From Epithemia pelagica (lineage: Eukaryota > Protista > Bacillariophyta): a stretch of 64,000 nucleotides of DNA. A program made the translations under genes and the position numbers. Each line of letters opens with the position of its first letter. The stretch's first letter is position 1. Of this stretch, positions 51,744-62,950 are shown one piece after another. The notes beneath the pieces were generated by a model. It saw nothing but the letters and a program-made list of their open reading frames with translations, had not been told where the DNA came from and made no database searches. Where the stretch lies: the NCBI GenBank assembly GCA_946965045.2, contig OX337237.1, positions 1,302,001 to 1,366,000 on the forward strand, in the 5' to 3' direction.

Positions 51744-52625
51744 ATGCCGTACTTTTATGAGGAGAGAACCTGTCGTAGCAGCGATATTCATCTCTGTATC
51801 CAATGCGACGAGGAAGTGACCAAACACTCCATGAAGGAATGTGGGCAATGTCAAGATATTCTTTGCATGACATGCACTCATCAGCTCGATTGCCACATGT
51901 GTTTGGAAAAAGAAGCCAATCCATCCACTCAAGGGACCAAGCTCAAGACCCAGAGCGACTGCCTACCACCCCTTCCAGTCGTTCCCACATGCTGTCAAGC
52001 CTGTCTCCACCACTGCGAACATTGTCATCGCAACTTTCACAGTTTATGCTATGAACACCACATCCAACACTGCCAGGCTGCTGTCAACAAATCCACTGCC
52101 GACTCGATACAACATTCCGAAGAAGAAAAGAAAACTGACGATGATGATGTAGAAGTAGACGACGACGATGATGATGATCATGACGATGAAAGGAGTATTT
52201 CCACGAAGCAACAAGATGAATTGGCAAGAGCAGACTCTGTCATTCGTTCCAAGCAAAGAGTTGTTAAGAAACTGAGAGCGAAGCTAGAAAAGATCGAAGA
52301 CTATCTTCAGGATGCCGAAGAAGAGTTAGCAGATGCCAAGGCCGAAAAGGTCATTCTGGAAGGCAACCTGCTCAAGGCCCAACGGCAAAGGAGACGACAA
52401 GAACGAGAGAAGAGCCGAAAACAGGGGTTCAGAAATGGACAGAAGTATCCGAATGGAAATGGTAAGAGAAATCAAGGTCGGGTTTTGCAAGAAATGTCGG
52501 AACCCAATATACCACAACCAAATCTGGATTTCTCAGGTGAAAAGATCATCAATCAACATCAAGTCCGTGTCGCATCCTGCAAAATGTATCATCGTCCAAA
52601 GGACTTTGCTGATATTCATCAATGA
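51744..52625 (+). CDS. Cys/His-rich (Zn-finger-like) protein with acidic tract and coiled coil
   Basis: Multiple CxxC/CxxH clusters after MPYFYEERTC, a poly-D tract and a K/R/E-rich coiled coil. The ORF track start at 51489 probably overshoots. Confidence 0.6.
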   Translation: MPYFYEERTCRSSDIHLCIQCDEEVTKHSMKECGQCQDILCMTCTHQLDCHMCLEKEANPSTQGTKLKTQSDCLPPLPVVPTCCQACLHHCEHCHRNFHSLCYEHHIQHCQAAVNKSTADSIQHSEEEKKTDDDDVEVDDDDDDDHDDERSISTKQQDELARADSVIRSKQRVVKKLRAKLEKIEDYLQDAEEELADAKAEKVILEGNLLKAQRQRRRQEREKSRKQGFRNGQKYPNGNGKRNQGRVLQEMSEPNIPQPNLDFSGEKIINQHQVRVASCKMYHRPKDFADIHQ

Positions 52626-53236
52626 GCTGGCGGCTAGCATAAACGAGGCATTAGAAGTTGGAGCATCAACTTTAGCAACAAAGGGAAAATACAGTTTTTT
52701 CTTTAATTCATAATCTTAGATCCATTTTGGCCAACGACTCTCATTGGCGCATTCCTAGGGAGTAAGCCCACACAACAGGATATCTGCTGTTCCGAGCATC
52801 TGAAGACTCTTTCAATGACACTTTGCGGTCGGGTGAGTGCAGCTATCAAACGATGCCCTCTGGCTAACGGGTTTTCCCTTCCATGAAGGAAACCATGCAC
52901 ACGAGAACACCAGAAATGCAACTATCGGCATGATCAACTCGAAGGCGATGCCGATTCCCATCATCGCCACGAACCAACATGGCAGATCTCGTGTTTGCTT
53001 CAACAAGAAAAAGAGATTTGTCTGTATAGTGACCATGTAACTACGTCATGGTGAACCTGTTCCGTTCGAAACGGCGTTGTTCTCGTCACGGCACACGTTG
53101 TCTTGATCATTGGTATCGTTTGGAGGAGAAGCAAGTGATACTGACCTTGTCGTGTCATTTTGGTCCGCGTGATCAAACTTTGCTGGGCGAAAAAGTAAGT
53201 AGGTCGCAAACACACCGGCTATTACCCAAGCAATAA

Positions 53237-54285
53237 TCACTCGTTGACAAAGACACGTTCGTCACAAAACTGCTGTCGTTCGGCAAACGTTCTGTCATCA
53301 CAGACTTCGATGCCCATAATGGTATTGCTTGGCACACTCCGTTCTCGTTGTAACACAATTTCAGATGCGTAAATGAGCATTTGAATGGTATATACAGCCA
53401 ACAACACACTGGCCGCCAAGAACAAAAAGATTTTGGTTCCATTCACGACGCGCACCGTCGTACTCCAGTGTTTCCAATTAGTTTCTAACAAGAGGTAGAG
53501 AGATCCACCAATAGCAACCACAAACAATAAGCCCAGAATGGCCAGGGAGAGTGCACTCAACGTCACATTGACGTCGTCCAAAATATCCAGAACGGGCGGA
53601 GGAAAGGCCACAACCATCCATTGAGAATACACCACCAAGGATGGATAGTCCTCCAATAGAAAAATGGAGGCTTCCGAAAAAACAAGACAATACAAGACTG
53701 CAAAGACCCTTTGATTCTTGAGACTGAAGGACGACGGACGAGGTTTGATCCAAAATGGGTGCCAGTTGATACCATCTCAAAACAAGAGAGTGGTGCCGCG
53801 AAAATCTACCAAACGACCCAGAATCAAACCAACCTGTCGTTGTTTGTTTGTGTTCAAAATGCGTACAGAAGAACGCAAGAATAGAACTTTCTGTCAGGCC
53901 ATATGCCGTTTCACAACATGGTCACAGGGATTGCACGTTCTATCGCGATACGCACCAACAGTAAGATAGCGTAGTAAATTGCATCAGCTTCCGCAAAGAG
54001 TCGACTGACAAGAACGATATCGACAACTGCGTTGACCAAATCCAAAGCATCGAACAGAATGGAAATGTAAATGATGGTAAAGACTGCATCAGGTGCATTG
54101 GGGTCAACGGAGAAGGACCGCGCAGTCATTCGACGCCACAAGCGTGGTTGAGAAGGGGCGGAAGAGAGGGCGTTGGTTCGAGAAGATGACGCCCTGGCTT
54201 CTTCCGGCAACAAATCTGCATTGCAAGTTAATAGTGTCAAGAAATGTAACACGATGCGTCGCATCAATTTGGTCAAGTATCCCAT
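53237..54285 (-). pseudogene. Putative multi-pass membrane protein, probable intron and one in-frame TGA
   Basis: Hydrophobic ORFs 53911-54285 and 53237-53695 can be joined by a GT..AG intron (...CTGTTG|GTGCGT...ACGACAG|GTTGGT), but a TGA remains at 53777-53779. Confidence 0.4.
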
Positions 54286-54701
54286 CCTTTATCGTTGCCT
54301 TCGGCGCTGTGAATTGATCTCTATGATGAAAATGAATAAGCCCCGATTGTTGACCTCTCGTGACGTCTTGCTCTCCAGGTTCTCGAAGATCCAGTTTTGC
54401 CGTATTACTTATTTCCAATTTAGAAAAATACAAGATTGTGCCATCTCTGTTGAGCACCACAGCTGCTGATGCGCATTGGAGAGAGTTGGAAATTGGAACG
54501 AATCGCTGATCCGGAACAAAAGCAAAAGAGATCTGGTGGAGTCTTGCTGGTAGCTGGGGTTTGCGCTGTCGCTCACGGCAAAAGTCAAATCGCGCAAAGC
54601 TGCAAGCTGTAACGCACGACGGGCGCGCAGACGACCCCAAAACCCAGAGGGCAGCAGCTCAAGCACCATTTTTTTCTCCAACGAAAGCGTGACAATTGAC
54701 C

Positions 54702-57371
54702 ATGACGATGGTGATGCGCCGGTCGTTTTGTCGCTTGATGGCGATTGTGGCCATTTTCATCATGGGTATTGGAATTCACATGGTGAATGGTGATTCCAGT
54801 GGACAATCCACTTCATTCTCGAGTTCTTGGAAGGATCGGCTTGAAAAGGAACAAGACAAACGGTATCGTGGAAGGACGGACGCCGATACCAAAGGGCCTC
54901 GTGGGAAGGACTGGGGAGATGCTTACTTCGAACAAGAGATGTACGAAGAAGCCTCCAATAACTACTGGGCAGCTGTCTTGTTTCATACGCAAACTCCGAT
55001 GGACTTGACGTATGATGTGCAGGAAGTATTTGGCAAGTTTTTGCAATGCTACAACTTACAAGGCAAACCGGTCGATGGCTTGGCGTTTGTGAGCATGGAA
55101 TCATTTCGTCGAGGCCAAAAAGAAATGGGAAAATCATTTCTGGAACAAGCTCTTGAAATGGATCCCAACAACGCGAAAGCGCTTGCTGTAAAGCGAGAAT
55201 TTGTCTACAAGATTCAGCAAAGTAATGCTGGTCCGACTGCTCCGGCTCGATCCTCCGCTAAAACAGGATCGGCTAATCAAGCACAACAATCGAACCTCAA
55301 AACACAGAAGACCACAAACAAAAAGTCGGATCCCCTGAGTGGCAAAACTCCGGAACAATTATACGAAGTTGCCAGCAAGCATTTCTCGAACAAGGAATAC
55401 GAAAAATGCGCCGATACATTCGAACGTTCCTGTCAAGAATCAGGTGAAACACTCGGACCATCTTGTGCCAATGCTGTGTACTGCCGAAACATGATTGTGG
55501 ATTGGGGCTTCAACGGAACCCAATTTGACGACGACATGGAACGCATCGCTTTGATCACCGAGCAAGAAGCCTTGCTTTTTCGATACGATACAATCACAAT
55601 GCAGAATCGTTTTCTAGATGTGGTGGAGACACAATCGGATGGAGATTTAGAGGGAACATTTAATGATACCTCTGTTCGAAGTTTTGGTTGGCAGCGAGCC
55701 ACGTCGGTCCATCCGCACATGATGCTGGGCTATCCCTTGGATAATTCCTTGTTGAAACGATATGTCGCCGAATCCGTCGCCTACCTTGACGAAATGATGG
55801 CCCGAGCAGCTTCTAGTGGTGTGGACCAAAGTAGTCAACTGCCTCCCTTACCCGAAGGCTTGCCCTATCCGACTGATCCTGAACCGTGGGTACAAGAGAA
55901 GGCACAAGCGGATCCATCGTCTTACCGAATCCGTGTGGGTTTTGTTGGATCCGGCTTTAACTCCAAAGCTGTCATGTATTTGTCTCATGATATGTTTCGC
56001 TTCTTTGATAAGGATCGGTTCGAAATCCATGTATTCTCATTTGGGCTTCCGGACAGTCCCTATTTTATCAAGTTTGGAATGCGCGGTGTGGATTGGAGGA
56101 AACGTGTACAATCCAATGTAGAACACTTCCACGATTTGCGACATTTGGTTCACGATCATGTTCAAGCAGCTCAGTATATTCGAGACCAAGGCATTCACAT
56201 GCTAATTGAGTGGGATGGTTATGCCCGACAAGGAGAACGTGCTCAAGGGTTATTTGCGTTACGCCCTGCACCCATTCAAATGTTGCATCAAGAATACTTG
56301 GGAACCAGTGGTGCTCTGTATGTCGACTACCACTTTACCGATGCTATCACTTCTCCTATGAAGGAGACGGAACAGTTCTTTACCGAGAAGCTCATTTATA
56401 TGCCGAATCATTTCTTTAGCAAGGGGCATGCTATGCAAGCTGAAGTGCATGCTCCTAGCTATGAGTACGCTCCACGTGAAGAAGGAAGTGATAGGGATGG
56501 CGACGATGAGCCAGACTATAAACTTGGAACAGGATCTCCTCAGGAGAATCGATGTTTATCACCCCGTCACGTTGGACCGAGTGAGGTTTCTTTTGTCTTT
56601 TGCAACTTTAACAAACTGTTAAAGAACAACCCCGAAACCGTTCGTAGCTGGATCCGAATCTTACGCGAGGTACCAGATTCCATTCTTTGTTTGTTGGAAA
56701 ATCCATCGACTGGAACAGATTACTTTAGCAAGTTCGTCCATGAAGCTGCGGGAACCTCAAAGAAACAATCGAATTCCGCCCAAAATCCTTGGGAGAACTT
56801 TGTGCCAGGTGATGGTGACGAGTTGAATAGTCGCATCCATTTCCTTCCATGGGAGAAGAATCCTTTTGATTACCAAAGGCGAAATTTTGATCTCTGCAAT
56901 ATAATGCTGGATTCCTTTCCCTACAATGGACACACGGTCGCACAGGATGCCTTGTATGCTGGAGTGCCTATTGTGACTCGCAGTGATGGTTTGGAGATGA
57001 GTTCCCGGGTCAGTACATCAGCCAATGTTGTGTTGGGATTGGATAAGGTCTTGAATGCCTATGGTGGTCCCGTACAATACGAGGACATGGCGATTGCGAT
57101 TGCAACAGATAGCTCCTTGTTCCAAACGACACGAAAAAGTTTGATTGATACGTGTTTGCAGCGCAATCCAATGCATCCATATTGGGATGTACCTCGGTAT
57201 GTCAAGAGCTTTGAAGCAGCACTAGATATAGCCTGGAAAAGGTTCCTGCGAGGCGAGAAACCACAGCACATTGTTCTGCAAGAACCGGAAGAAACCAAAA
57301 GAGGGACGTTCGACGAAGAGATCCTAGCTCATCCTCCAGTGGGACCCCACCTTGTTGAGATGGAGGAGTGA
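54702..57371 (+). CDS. GT41 family (O-GlcNAc transferase/SPINDLY-like) glycosyltransferase with TPR-like repeats and an N-terminal signal peptide
   Basis: RIRVGFVGSGF...DRFEIHVFS; IHMLIEWDGY...FALRPAPIQ...YLGTSGA..VDY; FTEKLIYMP; FCNFNKLLK; LDSFPYNGHT..DALYAGVPIVT; SSRV. N-terminal RRSFCRLMAIVAIFIMGIGIHMVNG. Confidence 0.9.
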   Translation: MTMVMRRSFCRLMAIVAIFIMGIGIHMVNGDSSGQSTSFSSSWKDRLEKEQDKRYRGRTDADTKGPRGKDWGDAYFEQEMYEEASNNYWAAVLFHTQTPMDLTYDVQEVFGKFLQCYNLQGKPVDGLAFVSMESFRRGQKEMGKSFLEQALEMDPNNAKALAVKREFVYKIQQSNAGPTAPARSSAKTGSANQAQQSNLKTQKTTNKKSDPLSGKTPEQLYEVASKHFSNKEYEKCADTFERSCQESGETLGPSCANAVYCRNMIVDWGFNGTQFDDDMERIALITEQEALLFRYDTITMQNRFLDVVETQSDGDLEGTFNDTSVRSFGWQRATSVHPHMMLGYPLDNSLLKRYVAESVAYLDEMMARAASSGVDQSSQLPPLPEGLPYPTDPEPWVQEKAQADPSSYRIRVGFVGSGFNSKAVMYLSHDMFRFFDKDRFEIHVFSFGLPDSPYFIKFGMRGVDWRKRVQSNVEHFHDLRHLVHDHVQAAQYIRDQGIHMLIEWDGYARQGERAQGLFALRPAPIQMLHQEYLGTSGALYVDYHFTDAITSPMKETEQFFTEKLIYMPNHFFSKGHAMQAEVHAPSYEYAPREEGSDRDGDDEPDYKLGTGSPQENRCLSPRHVGPSEVSFVFCNFNKLLKNNPETVRSWIRILREVPDSILCLLENPSTGTDYFSKFVHEAAGTSKKQSNSAQNPWENFVPGDGDELNSRIHFLPWEKNPFDYQRRNFDLCNIMLDSFPYNGHTVAQDALYAGVPIVTRSDGLEMSSRVSTSANVVLGLDKVLNAYGGPVQYEDMAIAIATDSSLFQTTRKSLIDTCLQRNPMHPYWDVPRYVKSFEAALDIAWKRFLRGEKPQHIVLQEPEETKRGTFDEEILAHPPVGPHLVEMEE

Positions 57372-57632
57372 ACTGGCTTATGGTGGGTTGCTAAGGCCTC
57401 TCCTTCGGCGATATGTTTCCTGTCTCATGCACGAACTTCTAATTTTGAGGGGTTTTAGGGGATAGAGACTATTGGAGTTATTGGTATTATTTGTGGAGAC
57501 GAGATGTGGAGCTTCTCCTATTGCCCTACACGAGAAACCCTTTTTGCAGCCTTACGTTGTATGAACGCATGCTCACCTACAGCGCAATGACAGAAACTCA
57601 GTGGATTATATTGGTCAATCATGCCTTTAAAA

Positions 57633-58535
57633 TCAGTTTTTCTTGGCAACTTCAAGTCGAGAAGGTGCCTTTTTCATTTGTAAGCTTAAAGCAGTCGTAC
57701 GTGCTGCGCGAGCTTCTTCCAGTCTTCCGGCTTCCTCCAGGATCCCGGCCAAGTTTGTGTTGATTTCAGCATACTTCAACGACGTGGGTGACATGGAAAG
57801 TTCCAATGCCTGTGCTTTCTTGAGAAAGTCAATCGCTTTGTCTAAATCTCGTGTGTTGCCATCTTTGGCGTATCCGAGGGCTAAGCATTGATAAACGTCA
57901 ACGTTGAGTGTTTTACGTGGCGGGCTGAGCAGGTCAGCAATGTCTCTGGCTTTTCGAGCAAACTGGAGATGGGTGTGAGATTGACAGTAATTTCCATACA
58001 TGACATAGCTCCGGGCTAGCGATTCTGAATATGGTGCCTTTGCTTGTTTGATTTTAATGGCTTTGAGCATATGATACATCATTTCTTCCTGTTGTTGTGG
58101 AGACCGTTCCAAAACAATAGCAATATTGTGGTGAGTAAAGGCCACACTCAGAGAGTCAGGTTCATTTATTTGCTTTAGTTTCAGCGCGTTTTCCAACAGA
58201 ACCAGCGCCTCTTCGTTCTGATACCGTCCTGCAAAAATACAACCCATATTCTGCATGGTAGTGGACATTAGAGGAGAGTCGGGATCCTTTTCTTCAAGCA
58301 TTGCCATGGATCGCTTAAAGTATACCAATGCTTGGTCCAAGTCACCTTGGCGCCAGCATACTTCGCCGAGTGTGTTCCACGTTTTGGCTAATTCGAGAGA
58401 TTCTGGGTCAGTTTGTAGCAAGATCGTTTCGGCGTTCTGTGCGCTCTTGGTAGCTTGAACAAAGTCTCCCTTCCTATAATAGTGGATGGCATTCTGGTAG
58501 TGCTTTTCTACAGATGTAGATGTTTGATTGCCCAT
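57633..58535 (-). CDS. TPR-repeat protein with N-myristoylation motif
   Basis: MGNQTS (MGxxxS). TPRs such as LAKTWNTLGEVCWRQGDLDQALVYF and VAFTHHNIAIVL. Confidence 0.85.
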   Translation of the reverse strand: MGNQTSTSVEKHYQNAIHYYRKGDFVQATKSAQNAETILLQTDPESLELAKTWNTLGEVCWRQGDLDQALVYFKRSMAMLEEKDPDSPLMSTTMQNMGCIFAGRYQNEEALVLLENALKLKQINEPDSLSVAFTHHNIAIVLERSPQQQEEMMYHMLKAIKIKQAKAPYSESLARSYVMYGNYCQSHTHLQFARKARDIADLLSPPRKTLNVDVYQCLALGYAKDGNTRDLDKAIDFLKKAQALELSMSPTSLKYAEINTNLAGILEEAGRLEEARAARTTALSLQMKKAPSRLEVAKKN

Positions 58536-58859
58536 GGTTGATAACTTGTTTTATTCTGCAGAGAAGGACATTCCCAGTTCCCAGCTTCCGGATTCCGGAA
58601 TCATGAAAATCAAAAATCATCGATCTTCGTTCCATTTTTTTGGACCGTGGAACGTGTGGTCAGTGTTAAATAGTCGCGGTGCCGCGGTATATATGGAGTC
58701 GCGTCATTCACAATTCCAAACTCCCAAGTCAACGTCCCAATTCCACAATACAAGACATATACTGGAAAGTCTTGAGGTCGTAACTGTCACGCCATATCTG
58801 ACCAGAACTCCCTTTCACTGGGCTATATCGCAGCTCTTGTCTCGCTTTGATTTGTGGGA

Positions 58860-61800
58860 ATGTCTTACACGCCGCCAACTGCCGAAATCAGCGTACTTAG
58901 CAGCAATAAAAGACTCGGCGAAGCACAACGTCCTTCATCATTATCCTTGGTCCATCGAAAGAGCGATGAGAGCTTCACCATTGACAAGCTGCAGTTCGAT
59001 AAATGCGACTTCTTGGGCCGTGAACAAGAACTCAAAGTACTGCAAGAAAAATATCAGCAAGCGCAAAAACTTCCCAGCAAGCAAATTGTGTTGATTGGTG
59101 GAGAACCGGGCGTTGGTAAATCGGCGTTGGCGCAAGAAGTCCGAAAATCGGTTGCAGCTACTGCTGGTTTTTTCATATGTGGCAAGTTCAAGTACGACTA
59201 CAATCAACCCTACGGAGCAATCATCGAGGCGTGCGATTTGCTTTGCGAGATACTCGCCGATCCTCCGAAAAGATATTCGTTTTCAACCAGAGACGTACAA
59301 AAACAGTTTAGTACGAGCTTGACGAAGGAAAGTCTGGAATTGCTGGAAATTGTCCTGCCAAAGATTCAAGAATTACAGCACAATGCAAAGGCTTCGGAAC
59401 AACCAATCACAAATACGAATGAAATACCAAACCATATAATCAACTATGCACAGCTCACTAAAGCATTTCACGAAGCGTTCTCCCAGTTCTTCAAAACTGT
59501 GTCCTCGTTTGGAACAATCGCAATGATAATTGATGATGTACAATGGGCAGAACTAGCCTCAATCGATATGCTTCAAGCCTTGATGCAGGATCCCAAGCTA
59601 GATTCATTCTTGCTTGTGGCAACGTACCGATCCGACGAAATGGATGATAGTCATGAATTTAGACAGGCTCTTGAACGAGTACAACAAATGAATGGTGCAA
59701 GCCATGCGTTCATCACAGAACTGAAGATACGAAATGTAGTACAAGAAGTCGTGACAGATTTCCTTGCATCTCTCATTTCCTCTACTGATGAAGATATTGT
59801 TGCTCTTGCGAAGCTGGTTCATTTCAAAACTGGCGGAAATATGTTTTATGTTAAGCAGTTCCTTACCATGCTGACTGCCAGCAAGCGCGTGGTCTTTGAA
59901 CTGGGCTCGCTGAAATGGAAGTGGGATTTGGAATTAATTCAATCAGAGGCAATGGCAACGGAGAACGTAGTATCAATGTTGTTGGCGCGTCTGCAAGAGT
60001 TTCCAGAAGAACTTCGAACCTTGCTTCCACGAGCTGCTTGTTTGGGTACAATCTTTAGTTCGGCGAGCCTGGAGATTGTGATCCGTCACTACTGCAATGA
60101 CATGGGTGTCTTGAATCTCATGTATGAGAAGTATCAAGGTTAAGTCGGGAATGAGGCGTATACAACAGATGGAAGCTCTGTCTTGACAATAACAGGGATT
60201 CTTGAACACGAACGGCTGTTGAGAACACTAAGGAATGGGGTCTATCAATGGGAACATGACAAGATAAGGGAGGCATTGTTTCAATTGGTAGACCAAAGTG
60301 AGCTCGATGATATTCAATTTGAAGTCGGAACTCTCCTATTGGAACAGCTTTCTCGGAGCGAGTTGAGTCGACATTTGTTCTCTGTTGTTCATCTCTTGAA
60401 TACAAGGGCTGATAGGCTTGGTATGGAAGATAAATTGCGCTTGGAAATCGCTGGCCTCAATCTTCGAGCAGGAAACACAGCTCTTGCGTCATCCGCATTC
60501 AAGTTGTCGACGGAATATTTGGCCAAGGGACTTGCCTTATTGCCGGAAGATTCGCTGAAGACTAATGAAAAGCTGGTACTTGAGTTGTACTCGTCAATGG
60601 CAGAAGGGTCCTTTTGCATTGGTGAACATGAGACAGTGAACGAAATCTACGTTCTGCTTGTGCAAGAAAAGCACATCACCTTACTGGACAAACGACGTGT
60701 ATCAAATGCTCATCTTGATTCGCTGAGTGCTCAAGGCCGCACTGCTGAGGCAAAAGACTTGACGCTGCATTTGTTAGAACAGCTTGGATGCAGCTTCCCG
60801 AAACACCAACGTTTTTTATTCACATTGGCAGGAGTACTTCGTACAATGGCAGGCGTGGATCGATCAATTTCTAAGATTAAGCAGCTTGGTCCGATATCAG
60901 ATCCCTCCAAAGCATGGGTTGTGTACTTGATTGATCGATTGGCCACCTTTGCATTTCAATGTGATCCAAAATTGATGCCCCTTGCATTTCTCAAGGGTCT
61001 TCGGTGGACACTCAACAACGGCATTGCGGAAATGACGGCTCCCCTATTGGCTCTCATTGGGATTTTGCTTGTTTCTGTTGGAGATTATGCGTCAGCAAAG
61101 AAATACGCAGATCTGTCTTTGACTTTTACGTCTCGTCAGAATGAGTCTCGCACTTTATTTCTTTGCTACCAGTTCATCATGCACATGCAGGCACCGCTAG
61201 AAACTTGTAAGAAGCCACTTCTCCGTGCGTACGACATTTGTCTGGCGACAGGTGACCTCGAATCCGCATTTTGGTCGATTTTCTCCTTAATGGAGTGCAG
61301 CATTTTCACTGGAACGAAACTATCGCTTATCCTGGAGGACTTTGGCAAATACGTTGCTCAAATGGAGAGCTTGAAGCTCTCTAAACATGTGCTTTGCTCA
61401 AAAGCATCATGGCAGCTTGTGCTCAACCTTGCACAGGGTGATGGCAAACATATACTCGGAGGTGAAGTGTTGGATATAAATGCAGTAACTGCCCAAGTTA
61501 CGGGAAACCTGAAATACGAGCTTGACTTTCGACACCTTCTTCGAACAAGATTAGCATGTGCCTTTTGGTTCGATGATTTTCAGCAAGTGTGCTCTTTAAT
61601 GGAGCTTACTGGGTATGACGCATTTCGTGCAGAGAAAGAAAAACCAGGTCTTACACACCACGGACAAATGTACATATATTGCGCTCTTTCTTGCATCTCA
61701 GTAGCTCGTTCCTTACTGGGGGAAAGAAGAAGAGACGAGAGCTCGCAGGCAAGTTCTTGTCAAGATTGAAATCATGGTCGTCGCGAGGTAACATTGCAGT

Positions 61801-62146
61801 GCAACATGCGGAATCGCTTATAGAGGCAGAATTGGCCTCATTAGATGGCAATCTAGCAGAAGCCAAGAAAGATTATGAAGTTGCGATTTTGCTGGCGGGA
61901 AGAAACGGCTTTACCAATTATCAGGGTCTAGCACATGAACGAGTTGCAGCGCATGCGCTTCGAATGGGAGACAACAATGAAGCAAGATACCATTATCGTC
62001 TCGCGTTGGACTTGTATACTGAATGGGGTGCTTTGGGGAAAGTGTCTCACTTGGAGCCCCTCATTAGCAATCTCATGGCTGAGGAGAGCGAGATGTTTCA
62101 CTGCGGAAGTTCCAGCCCGCTTGATCTTCCATATAGAAATAGCTGA
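58860..62146 (+). pseudogene. STAND-type AAA ATPase with helical/TPR-like C-terminus, disrupted
   Basis: FLGREQEL, GGEPGVGKS (Walker A), GKF, IIDDVQWA (Walker B), KTGGNMFYV: the architecture of bacterial multi-sensor kinase cores expanded in diatoms. In-frame TAA at 60141-60143 and a 1-bp deletion in the G run at 61718-61722. Confidence 0.78.
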
Positions 62147-62950
62147 ACTCAGCAGGGACTGTTTCTACCGTGATTTCTGGTGTCTATTGACGTTTAAAGT
62201 TGAACTCTCAAGCTTTGCTCGATCCGAAGATCTTTCGCGTCTCGGACCAAAATGTTTCTTGACGGCATGACGACATAATGGTACCAGCCTCGTTGGTGGC
62301 AGAGCAACGATTGGACCAATCTCAGCAAGGACGGTATGCTTCCCAGCTGTCCATCCCTGGATTAATGAAGACAGAAAGGATAGATGGATCGCCAGCAGCA
62401 ACACCTTCGCCTTAACGCACTTCCAGACCAGAGGGCTCCTCCGCCAGGTGCCATAGAGGTTTCTGAAGAGTTTGTATAGGTTCAGTTCCCCAAAGGTGAC
62501 CAGAAATATCCAGGTGATATTCGTGGCAGTGAGGTATCATTTTGCCCAGGTCCACAACGCTCATGGTGTAAAACAAGTCATTGGAATCAATGGATTGGAA
62601 AAATATGTCCGAATTGTGGTGGATGAATAGGGCCCACTTTGGTTCCTTTTGTTCTCCATCACCATCATCTACAGGTTTTGTGGACTTCTGCGTTCGATGG
62701 CTGGACCAACGATTCTCTACTACCAGAGCCAACAACTTTTCTATGGACTTATCCGTACTAGAAGGTTGGAGCAGGAGCGCTTGCTCTGTTAGTACAAGGT
62801 TCTGTCTTGTTCCAAAAGAAACGAGACATGCCGAATCAATGACCTGTTCCTCATGCTAATCTGTCTGTTATCGCCTTGGAGGCTGAGTATCAACTGTCAC
62901 AATGGAAACATGTCTCTCATGAATGGAGAACGATGAGCGCAACTGGTACC

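Noticed and set aside
54104-54640. PAS-like domain in the 178-aa ORF
   Set aside because: The resemblance is limited to AVVLNRDGTILYF. The ORF overlaps other frames and the GT41 promoter.
2766-60143. Stop-codon reassignment suggested by several in-frame stops
   Set aside because: TAA, TAG and TGA all terminate intact genes here. The isolated stops fall in TE or rapidly evolving genes.
60139-60168. 30-nt intron removing the in-frame TAA in the STAND gene
   Set aside because: GT..AG and frame-preserving, but implausibly short. A nonsense mutation is more parsimonious; RNA-seq could reopen this.
62165-62860. SOCS-box protein (RLVPLCRHAVKKHFG)
   Set aside because: Only a short motif, in a frameshifted ORF without a clear start; insufficient support.
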